64,000 nt of DNA. It comes from Candidatus Gottesmanbacteria bacterium (GTDB lineage: Bacteria > Patescibacteriota > Microgenomatia > UBA10105 > UBA927). A model generated the notes under the pieces. That model saw nothing but the letters and a program-made list of their open reading frames with translations. It was not told the origin of the DNA and did not search any database. Both the position numbers and the translations under genes were made by a program. Location of the stretch: NCBI GenBank assembly GCA_030679255.1, contig JAUXTO010000013.1, forward strand, positions 18,696 to 82,695, written 5' to 3'. Positions 47,748 to 57,151 of this stretch are shown one piece after another (within the stretch, counting starts at the first letter, position 1; every line of letters begins with the position of its first letter).

Positions 47748-48566
47748 CTACCCCGTATTTATGCGGAAATTTAGTTCTGGGTCAAATAGCCATTTTCTTT
47801 TATTCACGTTGTCATAGTAATGAAGAATCCTTAACCGGTAAAAAACAGCGAGCGTTTCCCAAAGCACATTGGCGATGATATTCCAAAAATTCTTTGACGT
47901 AATACTGGATACACCGCCGAACGTAAGCTCTACAGGTGCCTCGTAAATCCGGGTATACCCTAGCCGGTGTGCAACGGAAAGAATTTCGATATCAAAAGCA
48001 AATTCCTTCACCAAGAGTCTGGGTAGAACATCTTCAAGCACAACACGACGGTATAATTTGAGGCCCACCTGTGAATCACGGATGTTTAATCCAAATAGTA
48101 TCTTTACCAACACTTGATACCCGAAAGACAATACTTTTCGAAAGAATGGGTATTCTACTTTCGAAGCCGGGTGTCTCTTACTACCAATGATACAATCAGC
48201 GTTATACCAATTAAAATGTGCAAGAAGTATGGATATTCCCTCTGACTTCAAATCGCCTCCCGCATCGATAAATCCAATGATGTCTCCGTGGCTTTTTGCC
48301 ATGCCAAAACGCACTGCATAACCTTTTCCATGATTGGTCGCATAACCCGTGATAACTATATGGGGTGAAGTAACTTTTGATACTTCTTCCCGGCTTCGAT
48401 CCATGTACCCGTCTACAACCACGATAATCTCATAATCAATCCCAAGAGTATCAAGCTCCGCCACAATGGACCGTAAATTTTGGGCAATTACTTTTTCCTG
48501 TTTATAGACAGGAACGATGAGTGATAACAATTTAAGCTTTTTTCGTAACATACTTATAATAAACAA
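47748..48566 (-). CDS. GT2 polyprenol-phosphate glycosyltransferase (DPM1-like)
   Basis: LSLIVPVYKQE, VVVDGYMDRS, ..IGFIDAGGDL.. Confidence 0.75.
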   Translation of the reverse strand: MFIISMLRKKLKLLSLIVPVYKQEKVIAQNLRSIVAELDTLGIDYEIIVVVDGYMDRSREEVSKVTSPHIVITGYATNHGKGYAVRFGMAKSHGDIIGFIDAGGDLKSEGISILLAHFNWYNADCIIGSKRHPASKVEYPFFRKVLSFGYQVLVKILFGLNIRDSQVGLKLYRRVVLEDVLPRLLVKEFAFDIEILSVAHRLGYTRIYEAPVELTFGGVSSITSKNFWNIIANVLWETLAVFYRLRILHYYDNVNKRKWLFDPELNFRINTG

Positions 48567-49791
48567 GAAGACTCATAAATAATAGTATTGAGATAACTAC
48601 ATTTACGTATGTTACTTCAAGAAGGGACCCATGATAGAGGACTATTAATACGTATTGTAAAACCGCCACTATCATCGTGATTACCCATATTCCAGTCACG
48701 CCCATTGCAAGCAGTGTTGTGAGAAGCAGTGTAGCCATCGTATAAAACATAACAAATATCCCGAACCATCCGAGGTATGGTGCAGCTCCTGCAAATGCCG
48801 GTCCGAGAGGTAAGACAACCGTTGAAGGGAATAGAAAATATATAATCGTTATCATAAGTGACATGGATCCTACGGCAATAAGTCCCAATTTAACAGATCG
48901 CCCAAAATCTTCCTTGAGTTCCTTCCGCTGAGCCACTAAAGGAAATAATACGTATCCTACTGCCGATGATGCATAAAATATAATTTTACCTAACACGGAA
49001 AGTGACGCGTATATTCCGGCATCATAGCTCGTAAAATAATGTTTAACCAATAATACGTCTTGACTATTGAGCACCGTTAACCCAAGTGTCGTCAAAAGCA
49101 CGGGAACGCCATAGCTCAACGCATCCTTCTTACTTATTGTCAACTTTTTGGCTTTAGTATGAAAAAGAAAACGTAAAGGGAAAAAATAGACTGCAAATGA
49201 ACCGATATTTGTGATGATATTAGCAATGAGTGTCCACCCGACGCCAAAAAATGCTCCGATTATTCCCGAGATCAACCGCAACAACATGCCGATATTCGAG
49301 ACCAGTGTGAGCGGCATAAACTGCTGAAAACCCTGCAGCGCCGCTCCGGCGGGCACGGCTATGGTGGACGTCGCAAAAATGACATAGATCAGAAAAAAAT
49401 AGAGATAGGAATCAATATGCAGATAAGCGGATAAAAATGGTGCAAGAGGAAATAACACTATTATTCCAACGACAGAAGCTATAGTTATTTTTTTCGTTGC
49501 CATCCAAAAAAGCGTGTTTGCCTGACCATAATCATTTCTCGCTTTGTACACCGAAAAAAACTTAAGGAGAGATATTTGTACGACACTCGTAAAAACGTTC
49601 AATATATAGAAGATCGCAAACAAAGATGATAACTCTGAATACTTTTCCGGACCAAGAATACGGCCTACAAATAAATGATATAACCAGCCGCTGAAATTGG
49701 CAGTAGTGGATCCGATAAATACGAGGGCACTATTTTTGAATAAATGGTGAGATGTAACAGCAATAAAAAATGTTTTAATTCTCTTTTGCAT
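48532..49791 (-). CDS. wzx: Wzx-like oligosaccharide/polysaccharide flippase (MOP superfamily)
   Basis: 419 aa, about 12 TM helices, polysaccharide-biosynthesis-protein architecture. Confidence 0.7.
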   Translation of the reverse strand: MQKRIKTFFIAVTSHHLFKNSALVFIGSTTANFSGWLYHLFVGRILGPEKYSELSSLFAIFYILNVFTSVVQISLLKFFSVYKARNDYGQANTLFWMATKKITIASVVGIIVLFPLAPFLSAYLHIDSYLYFFLIYVIFATSTIAVPAGAALQGFQQFMPLTLVSNIGMLLRLISGIIGAFFGVGWTLIANIITNIGSFAVYFFPLRFLFHTKAKKLTISKKDALSYGVPVLLTTLGLTVLNSQDVLLVKHYFTSYDAGIYASLSVLGKIIFYASSAVGYVLFPLVAQRKELKEDFGRSVKLGLIAVGSMSLMITIIYFLFPSTVVLPLGPAFAGAAPYLGWFGIFVMFYTMATLLLTTLLAMGVTGIWVITMIVAVLQYVLIVLYHGSLLEVTYVNVVISILLFMSLLVYYKYVTKKA

Positions 49792-49798
49792 AGAATAT

Positions 49799-50956
49799 TT
49801 AATTAGATTCTGTTATTGCAGATATTTTTTCAAAATAATTTTGTGCATTAATTATCTCACGATGACTGGGAAGTGGAAAAATATTCTTTACGTTCCCTTT
49901 AGTAGTTTTTATCTCTACGGCTTTGTAGTTCTTTTTATAATCCTCCACTATGAGATCAACTTCTTTACCACCATATTCGCGATAAAAATATAAAGAAAGT
50001 TTAGCTTTATTGTTTTTCCGTTGCTTCTCTATTTCAGACACGATAAAGTTTTCAAAAACTCCTCCCTTGTCAGGACGAAGTTCTAAATCTCGAAAATCTT
50101 TAACGAGTATGTTCCGGATCCCTAAATCATAAAAATATAATTTTCTATTGTCAGACACGGCTTTTCGTACATTTGTTCTAAACGATGGAAGCGGAATTAA
50201 AATATAGTTTTTGATAAAAATCTCAATATAATTTGAGACGGTAATCTGGTTCGCATTGAGACTTACAGCAATTTCACGGATTGATACCTCCGATCCGAGT
50301 TGCAATGCAATCTTTGTGAGAATATCGCGAGCGAGCTTTTCGTTTTTAAGATCATAAATTTCTATGACATCTTTTAACACATATGTATCCAAAATTTTTT
50401 CTAATAGATCAATCTTACCTGCCTCCGAAAGCTTATTTTGTACATATAGTTCAGGATACGCACCAAAAATTTGCAACTTAGCTTGAAGTTCTTTAAAAAA
50501 ACTATCCTTTTCGTACGAAACGAGAGGGGTATTATCGGCAATTTCTTCTATCGAAAGCGGCAGGCAATAGGACTCAATAAATCGCCCAGCCATCGTATCA
50601 AATTTCTGATTAGCTTTTTGCCGAAGTTCACTTGAGCCGGTAGCTATCACCTTGACTTTAAAGTCGTCATAGAGAAGTTTTAGCGCTACAGTTGACTCAG
50701 GAGAATTTTGCACCTCGTCAATGAGAATGACTTTATGCGTGGATACGAGCTTCTCAAGAATCTCGCGTTTCGGCAAAAATAATTCGCGGTCGGACTGATA
50801 ATCGAAATTAAAAAACGGAACGTTTAACTCTTTTGAGAGTCGTTTCAACAATGTTGTTTTCCCTGAACGACGAGGACCCCAAATGAAGAGTGTTTTGTAG
50901 GACTGTCCTTGTAAATATTCATCTACCTGAACGTCAATTGATCTTTTTAATAACAT
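49799..50956 (-). CDS. AAA+ ATPase of the DUF4143/AAA_14 type, copy 2
   Basis: P-loop IWGPRRSGKTTLL, Walker B VILIDEVQ. AT-rich. A palindrome TTGCATA-N7-TATGCAA at about 50989-51014 lies just upstream. Confidence 0.75.
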   Translation of the reverse strand: MLLKRSIDVQVDEYLQGQSYKTLFIWGPRRSGKTTLLKRLSKELNVPFFNFDYQSDRELFLPKREILEKLVSTHKVILIDEVQNSPESTVALKLLYDDFKVKVIATGSSELRQKANQKFDTMAGRFIESYCLPLSIEEIADNTPLVSYEKDSFFKELQAKLQIFGAYPELYVQNKLSEAGKIDLLEKILDTYVLKDVIEIYDLKNEKLARDILTKIALQLGSEVSIREIAVSLNANQITVSNYIEIFIKNYILIPLPSFRTNVRKAVSDNRKLYFYDLGIRNILVKDFRDLELRPDKGGVFENFIVSEIEKQRKNNKAKLSLYFYREYGGKEVDLIVEDYKKNYKAVEIKTTKGNVKNIFPLPSHREIINAQNYFEKISAITESN

Positions 50957-51047
50957 ACTCGTATTTTCACTATATCATTTTAATACTAATTTGCATAGTG
51001 TCAATATGCAATTTAGTACCATTTTGCCGTTGGTAAAATCATAATTA

Positions 51048-51758
51048 TTAAACAAATCTTTGATAGATAAGCGTGCCGAGAGCAATTATCCCATCCCTCC
51101 AGGTCAATTTTTTCCCTTCGGAAAACTTACGGCCAAAATAGGAAATCGGCACTTCATATATCTGATGGCCGGACTTGAGCACTTTAGCGGTAAATTCCGG
51201 CTCAAAGTCAAACCGTCGGGCGTGGATGAATATCCCGTCCAGGACCGTACGTCGAAACACTTTATATCCCGTTTCCATGTCCGTAATATTCGTATTGTAA
51301 AGGATGTTGGTCACCCATGTCACAAACTTATTGCCAAGCGCATAGAGATACATGGTCGAAAGATGCGCGCCTAAAAACCGTGATCCGTAGACGACCGTCA
51401 CCCGTGCATTGGTAAATGGCTCAAGGAGCGTAGGGTAATCTGCAGGACTATATTCTAAATCCGCATCCTGAAGGAGGATTAACTGCCCTGTCGCCTGTTT
51501 TATGCCTTCGACAATTGCAGCTCCTTTCCCCTGATTTTCTGGTTGAACGAGAAGCGTAATTTTCTTTTTCCATGGGGCAAGGATTCCCCCCGTTTTATCT
51601 GTCGAACCGTCATCTACGACAATGACCTGCTTTTTCCAACCCGCCAGACGGACGGCAAAAACGCGTTTAAGCACTTCCTCAATGGATGCTTCTTCGTTAT
51701 AGACCGGAATGATGATAGTTAATTGCTGCATGAAAATAATACTATCACGCCAGAGCAC
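51048..51758 (-). CDS. GT2 polyprenol-phosphate glycosyltransferase (DPM1-like)
   Basis: LTIIIPVYNEE, VVDDGSTDKT, LLQDADLEY. Confidence 0.8.
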   Translation of the reverse strand: MLWRDSIIFMQQLTIIIPVYNEEASIEEVLKRVFAVRLAGWKKQVIVVDDGSTDKTGGILAPWKKKITLLVQPENQGKGAAIVEGIKQATGQLILLQDADLEYSPADYPTLLEPFTNARVTVVYGSRFLGAHLSTMYLYALGNKFVTWVTNILYNTNITDMETGYKVFRRTVLDGIFIHARRFDFEPEFTAKVLKSGHQIYEVPISYFGRKFSEGKKLTWRDGIIALGTLIYQRFV

Positions 51759-52875
51759 TCTTATAAGACTCTATCGTTTCGCGGGCCACGCGCTCCCAGG
51801 AAAACTGTTGTCCCCATACGCTCTGCTTATGAATGCTATCTTTGCGATCTCGAACAGGCATCGTAAGCGCATCCATAAGTCCGCGGGCAATATCATCGGG
51901 ATCATTGGGCTCTACCACCATTGCCGGACCCGCAATTTCGATGAGGCTCCCGCCGCCTGTTGTCACGACCACAGTCCCACAGGACATCGCTTCCAATACC
52001 GGCAATCCGAATCCTTCATAAAACGAGGGTTGGATATAGACTGATGCAAGATTATATAGAGCAACTAAATCTTCCAACACTACGCCTCCCACCCTTACGA
52101 TATCATCATCAAGTTTATGAGCTGCGATATAGGCATTGATCTCATTCGCTTCAACGGATTCATGAACAAACCCTTTCCCCACAAGCACTAACTTGAGTTT
52201 TTTCAGAAGGTTGTCATTCCCGCGAAGGCGGGAATCCAGTATTTGAGATTTGATAATTTTAAATGCTTTTAACATTCCAAAAATATTTTTATTCCAGTTA
52301 ATGTCCCCTACGTACAATACAAATTTTTCCGGAAGATCATAGTTTTTCCTGACTTTTTTCAATACTTCTTTATCCGAAATCTGCCTAAACGCTGGTGCGG
52401 CTGCCAATCGGATGACGTCGATCGATTGCGGCGAAATGCCAGCCAAACGTATAATATCCCGCTTTGATGATTCAGAATCCGTAATAATGCGCGTAGTCCG
52501 ACCCAGGCTCCACCGTTGCACTTGCCACTTGAGTCTACCCCGAATCCCTGCCGGAAAATGCTCCGGAAATACAAGCGGGATGAGATCGTGCACGGTGACA
52601 ACTATGGGAAGAGTATGAAAAACCGGCAGGGCAATAAAAAACGGATCGAAATACGGATAATGGACAATATCGACATTTTTGGGTACCTTTTGTCCCCGAG
52701 TAAAAAAATGATACGAATGGTTGCCCTCATACTTCTGTAGCGCTTCAATTAATAACTTTGTGTACCTCCCCACTCCCCGGTCCTTATGTCCGGTCTCAAG
52801 AGGGGTGGTATCGATAGCGATTCTCATACGTATACGTAAGTATAGTGGAAGAAAGAAGCCAAAACAAACACCCAA
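51745..52875 (-). CDS. Glycosyltransferase family 4 carrying an in-frame 27-bp palindromic insertion
   Basis: ..PSFYEGFGLPVLEAMSCGTVVVTTGGGSLIEIAG.. The interdomain linker contains ..QILDSRLRGNDNLL.., encoded by the repeat at 52213-52239. The likely start is Met at 52827 (MRIAIDTT). Confidence 0.8.
   Translation of the reverse strand: MGVCFGFFLPLYLRIRMRIAIDTTPLETGHKDRGVGRYTKLLIEALQKYEGNHSYHFFTRGQKVPKNVDIVHYPYFDPFFIALPVFHTLPIVVTVHDLIPLVFPEHFPAGIRGRLKWQVQRWSLGRTTRIITDSESSKRDIIRLAGISPQSIDVIRLAAAPAFRQISDKEVLKKVRKNYDLPEKFVLYVGDINWNKNIFGMLKAFKIIKSQILDSRLRGNDNLLKKLKLVLVGKGFVHESVEANEINAYIAAHKLDDDIVRVGGVVLEDLVALYNLASVYIQPSFYEGFGLPVLEAMSCGTVVVTTGGGSLIEIAGPAMVVEPNDPDDIARGLMDALTMPVRDRKDSIHKQSVWGQQFSWERVARETIESYKSALA
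52213..52239. repeat. Second copy of the 27-bp palindromic element GTCATTCCCGCGAAGGCGGGAATCCAG, inserted in-frame in the GT4 coding sequence
   Basis: Identical to 60-86. Encodes LDSRLRGND on the minus strand. Confidence 0.8.
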
Positions 52876-54397
52876 ACGATACTAAATCAACAACAATGCG
52901 GAGGGGAGTTTCAGAAAAATATGTCGTAATCATATGAGTACCGGAGCTAAAAGTGGTACTAATCATCCCCTTCTCATCCGGCGTAGCGTTTGCATCTTTT
53001 CCATCGACGAGCACGCGCCAACCGGGATAATACGCGACATGCGTACGCAGAACTCCTCCTGACGAGGAAACGACCTCTCCGGTAAACGTCGTCACTCCTT
53101 CCTCCTTCATCGTGACCAATCCAACGCCCGAAATTATTTCCATGCGCGCTTCGGGTCGATCCCTCTGCCACCCCATCCAGACGGTGGAAAATCCATTGCC
53201 GAGCGACGAGGTGCCGTCCGTAAATTCGCGTCTCGAGAGATAATAATCATCCGGCCGGACATCGTAAAGCACTGGTTTGGTATAAGAATATGAAACGAAC
53301 ACTGCGCATAACACAACACCGACTGAAATCAACGGCCAACGAATCCGGGAAAGCATCGCTGCGGTGAGAAAGGGTGTCGCGACTATCCCCACGGACAATA
53401 GCCGCCAGGGATATTGAATATTTATCAGAAACGGTATATTCTCCCAAATCGGTATACTTATCTCAAGCATGAGAAAAAATGCAACGCAGGCCGCGACAAT
53501 AAAAACGGACGCATATCTTTCCCTTCGCCAAAGCAAAATCGGCGAAATGAGGAGGATGAGCATCGGGGCAAACCCGACTTGATAGGACATTTCATCCAGT
53601 GCGTATCCGGATCCCGATAGCCCGGTCCCCCAGGAAGGGATAAGAATCTGAACCAATTGCGGAAAATGATCTCTAACGTTGACGGTATTGAGTCCCGTGA
53701 CGTATCCCCGCTCTGCGATGGCGGGTACCCAAAAATATGAAGTGAGGACAATTCCCACGATCATCCATCGCAGCATGGATCTGTCCGTCATCCATGCATA
53801 GATGAAAAGAACGGGCAGAAATATCATGGCCATGATGTTGTGGCTTACAATTATTCCGGCGACCATAAACGCGAGAAGTTTCTTTTTCCCATACGCTATA
53901 CCGGCAAGAGCCGAAAATACAAATCCAAGGGCAAGCACCTCCCCCACTGATCCCCGCACAAATATATCCACAAACCAATAGGGAACAAACGCGCCCATGA
54001 CGCTTCCGAGTACTGCTGGCAAAATTCCATATAACCGTTTCAACCAAACATAGGAAGCGGCAATTGCCAAGATATATCCCGCTGCCATAGTCAGTCGGAA
54101 CGAATCCGCAAGACTCCAGCCCAGAAGATGAAAAAACGAGCCGATATAATTCGGCAAGGGGTAGAAAAAGGAAAATAGTGGAACTCCATATCCGCTATTG
54201 AGTCCGGGTGCCCAGCGCGGAAAAAGATGACCGGAGGCGATCATGCGGCCGAATTCGTAGAATCGGATCAAATGATACTCTCCGTCATGGGTCGGTAAAA
54301 ACCCGGGCACAAAAAGCCAACGCACGGCTATCACACTGACAATGATGACTACAAGAAATCCCATCTTCGCAATAAATAGATTCCTCCTATAATTCAT
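52796..54397 (-). CDS. Polytopic membrane protein, family B (N-terminal HDGxxHxxR..RWxPxxNxGYGxPxFxFYPLPxY motif; C-terminal YxPGWxVxVDG beta-rich domain plus TM). Putative GT-C-like glycosyltransferase, possibly PTPS-related membrane-protein family.
   Basis: THDGEYHLIRFYEFGRMIASGHLFPRWAPGLNSGYGVPLFSFFYPLPNY. Paralogs at 59636-61366 and 61341-62987. Confidence 0.5.
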   Translation of the reverse strand: MNYRRNLFIAKMGFLVVIIVSVIAVRWLFVPGFLPTHDGEYHLIRFYEFGRMIASGHLFPRWAPGLNSGYGVPLFSFFYPLPNYIGSFFHLLGWSLADSFRLTMAAGYILAIAASYVWLKRLYGILPAVLGSVMGAFVPYWFVDIFVRGSVGEVLALGFVFSALAGIAYGKKKLLAFMVAGIIVSHNIMAMIFLPVLFIYAWMTDRSMLRWMIVGIVLTSYFWVPAIAERGYVTGLNTVNVRDHFPQLVQILIPSWGTGLSGSGYALDEMSYQVGFAPMLILLISPILLWRRERYASVFIVAACVAFFLMLEISIPIWENIPFLINIQYPWRLLSVGIVATPFLTAAMLSRIRWPLISVGVVLCAVFVSYSYTKPVLYDVRPDDYYLSRREFTDGTSSLGNGFSTVWMGWQRDRPEARMEIISGVGLVTMKEEGVTTFTGEVVSSSGGVLRTHVAYYPGWRVLVDGKDANATPDEKGMISTTFSSGTHMITTYFSETPLRIVVDLVSFGCLFWLLSSTILTYTYENRYRYHPS

Positions 54398-55997
54398 AGA
54401 CGCTCACTGATTCATCTCTATACACCACCCGCGCCAGAGTATCCATGGTGTCATTATCCAAAGTATATTGAAAATCTTTTCTCTCTTTTGGTATCACGAC
54501 ATAGCGTATAGAGTGTTTCTTCATTTCCGCAATAGTATTTTGATTGAAACTGGTTAGCCACGTATCGATTTGTTTCCTCCTGCTCCAATAATCATACCCC
54601 ATGACGGAAACATAATATTCATGTCCGAGATAGTTCTTACGACCCGTAAGCACGACGGGATCATACAGCGCGGGCTCTGCGATAAAAACACTGCCTGAAT
54701 CAGTCTTCGTGGTAATCCATTGCATAAACCTATTCTTCGGCGCATCATCAATTATTAATTGATAATCATTTTTCACAACCATGAGATTAAATAACCCTGA
54801 AGTGATCGATAGAAAAACAGTGCTCACCGTAAGAATCCTCCAAGCGATACCACGCTTCTGCCACCACGACACGATAAGATGTGCGATAAAAGGAAGTGAA
54901 AGGGCTGTCGCAAAATTTATAAGTGAATGGTTATGTTCTATCCGGTAGCTTATCTGCACCGTATTGGCAATGAGGAATAGGAGACCGGCACCGATCAACA
55001 ACCGCCTTCCTGCCTCGCTAGTCAAACGATATGCACATGGGATAAGAATGACAAAAATGCCAAGATTATATATCCAAAACATAATCCAGGAAGCCCACGA
55101 TAGCGGTTGAGGCGCGAGATACCCGGGATTCCACAGCTGGCCTAACGAAGTCGCGGATCTCATAGAAATAATTTGTATTAGATGTGGTATGGCAACCAAA
55201 AAAGCAGTGCCCACGAGTAATATCAACGCTTTATTTCTTTTTCCCAACAGGAGTGCCATCACCATGATTCCCGTCGACGCAGCGACCACAACATGAACTC
55301 TTGTGGCTGCGCCAAGCAGGAGTCCCACGATAATCCATCGGCTATCCGGTATCCGTTTATTGCCATCTGACCACCCGACGATCATCCAAATCACCCAAAC
55401 TGCTATCGCCATACCGGCTATAAGGTGCCGCTGATTGAGATATGGGGCAAGCGTCGAATATATCGTAATAACCGATCCGTCAAACGGCCCTTTGTGGATA
55501 TAATCGGGGAATCGCCAAAAATAAGAAAAAAATGAAAAATTTTTAGGTGCCTCCCTCAGAATGTCAATAAACGAAAGGTTGCCCGGTAAAACAAAGAGCA
55601 CAATGGACAATAAACCTACCACTTTTTTACCATTTGAAAATAGTATTGCCAACCGATAAAGTCCATAGAGAAGTATTGTAAGCGCAAGCGCGCTTATCCC
55701 GTTGAGCGCGAAATCTATACGTATCCCGATCCTCACCAACAGTCCCGCCAGCCAATCTACCGCGTAGTGATACACGAGTGGACGCCCTGGAAAAAATGGT
55801 GACTCAGGTCCCCTGTTTTGCCCACTAGCAAATGACCGGATGAGGCTTATGTGAAGACCAAAGTCACCGACCTCATGCCGTGCAATGCGGAATTGGGACG
55901 TACCGGCATCGTACCCAAAACTTTTGGCCATAAGCCACCAGGAAAAGAGCAAAAGAACAACTATAAGGATGGCATCACCGATGACGCGTTTTACCAT
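54387..55997 (-). CDS. Polytopic membrane protein (536 aa) with a C-terminal soluble domain; putative GT-C-like glycosyltransferase
   Basis: About 12 TM helices. Acidic/His loop RHEVGDFGLHISL near the N-terminus. C-terminal roughly 130 aa is hydrophilic. Confidence 0.45.
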   Translation of the reverse strand: MVKRVIGDAILIVVLLLFSWWLMAKSFGYDAGTSQFRIARHEVGDFGLHISLIRSFASGQNRGPESPFFPGRPLVYHYAVDWLAGLLVRIGIRIDFALNGISALALTILLYGLYRLAILFSNGKKVVGLLSIVLFVLPGNLSFIDILREAPKNFSFFSYFWRFPDYIHKGPFDGSVITIYSTLAPYLNQRHLIAGMAIAVWVIWMIVGWSDGNKRIPDSRWIIVGLLLGAATRVHVVVAASTGIMVMALLLGKRNKALILLVGTAFLVAIPHLIQIISMRSATSLGQLWNPGYLAPQPLSWASWIMFWIYNLGIFVILIPCAYRLTSEAGRRLLIGAGLLFLIANTVQISYRIEHNHSLINFATALSLPFIAHLIVSWWQKRGIAWRILTVSTVFLSITSGLFNLMVVKNDYQLIIDDAPKNRFMQWITTKTDSGSVFIAEPALYDPVVLTGRKNYLGHEYYVSVMGYDYWSRRKQIDTWLTSFNQNTIAEMKKHSIRYVVIPKERKDFQYTLDNDTMDTLARVVYRDESVSVYEL

Positions 55998-57138
55998 AGA
56001 AGAGCGCGCTTATAGCGGGCGGCACGAATGTCACAATTTTTTTAACTAATGGCGTCATCCCGCTCCATGAGCGGGTATAAAAAAACGGAACTATCCGCAA
56101 CATGAGACCAAATGAAAATCCGTAAGACACCGCGTGGAGTAGCGTGGGTTTATCTACAAGCGCGAGAAACGTGAGTGGCCAGATGAAATACCATGCATAG
56201 ATTTCCTCACGGATTGGCGACAAAAAGAAAATCACATACATAGCGACACTCGCCCAATACCATACCTGCTGCCACAGAACATCTGGACTTATGCGAGATT
56301 CCCGGAATTGGGGCTTCTTTAATTCCGGGAATCGACTCCTACGCATAAGTCCAAATAAACACCAAATAAACACTGGGGCCAAAAATATTGTTGCTCCCTT
56401 GATGAGTATTGAAGCTACAAAAAGAAGTAGACCAAGAACATATCTTTTTTTCTTGAGCAAAAAAAAACCTCCGAGCGCCAGAGCCATCATGACGACATCA
56501 TTATGGCCATCGACAAGTGTCGAGAGCATGACCAGCGGATTGAGGGCAAAAAATGCCAAAGCCCAGGGCTTTCTTTCCGAGGCAATCCAAATGAGATAAC
56601 AAAGGACCAAATACCATACGGTTATAAAAATTTTGAAGGTAAATAACGTGAATAAGAGATTACCGGCCCCTAAAAAATGCGGAATAGCCGTGAGCGCTAT
56701 CCAGACGGGACCGTAGAGCGCCACTTTATTCGCTGCATGGAGAAAACTAAAACTCGGCTCGTTGGGCAAATCTATGGGCATAACAATGTACGGGTTTTCC
56801 CGGTAAAGAAAAGTAACTTTTGCCGTCGCAATATAATTGAAAATATCGTTTGAGAGGGCAGGATACGACCATACCAGAATGGCAATACTGCCGGCGATCA
56901 ACAGCCAAATATGTTTTGACGTCAATGATCCTTTTTTTATACGGTATAACACCCAAAAATACCATCCAAAAAGCGCGGTGACGGTAGACGTATACCAAAT
57001 GACCGGATACAGTGTTTGAAAATAAATAACGGGTTGAAGCGAAGCAATTTTGGGTAATAATGCGTTTGCGTCCACAAATCCCCATGACGGTATCGTCAAA
57101 AAAATAAGCGTTATATAGTAGAATATAGTAGCAACCAT
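55975..57138 (-). CDS. Polytopic membrane protein, GT87/DUF2029-like (polyprenol-phosphate-sugar-dependent glycosyltransferase-like)
   Basis: ..LSNDIFNYIATAKV..ENPYIVMP..YGPVWIAL..NPLVMLSTLVDGHNDVVMMALALGG.. resembles the DUF2029 conserved blocks. Tentative. Confidence 0.45.
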   Translation of the reverse strand: MVATIFYYITLIFLTIPSWGFVDANALLPKIASLQPVIYFQTLYPVIWYTSTVTALFGWYFWVLYRIKKGSLTSKHIWLLIAGSIAILVWSYPALSNDIFNYIATAKVTFLYRENPYIVMPIDLPNEPSFSFLHAANKVALYGPVWIALTAIPHFLGAGNLLFTLFTFKIFITVWYLVLCYLIWIASERKPWALAFFALNPLVMLSTLVDGHNDVVMMALALGGFFLLKKKRYVLGLLLFVASILIKGATIFLAPVFIWCLFGLMRRSRFPELKKPQFRESRISPDVLWQQVWYWASVAMYVIFFLSPIREEIYAWYFIWPLTFLALVDKPTLLHAVSYGFSFGLMLRIVPFFYTRSWSGMTPLVKKIVTFVPPAISALFYGKTRHR

Positions 57139-57151
57139 AACACACCATGTA

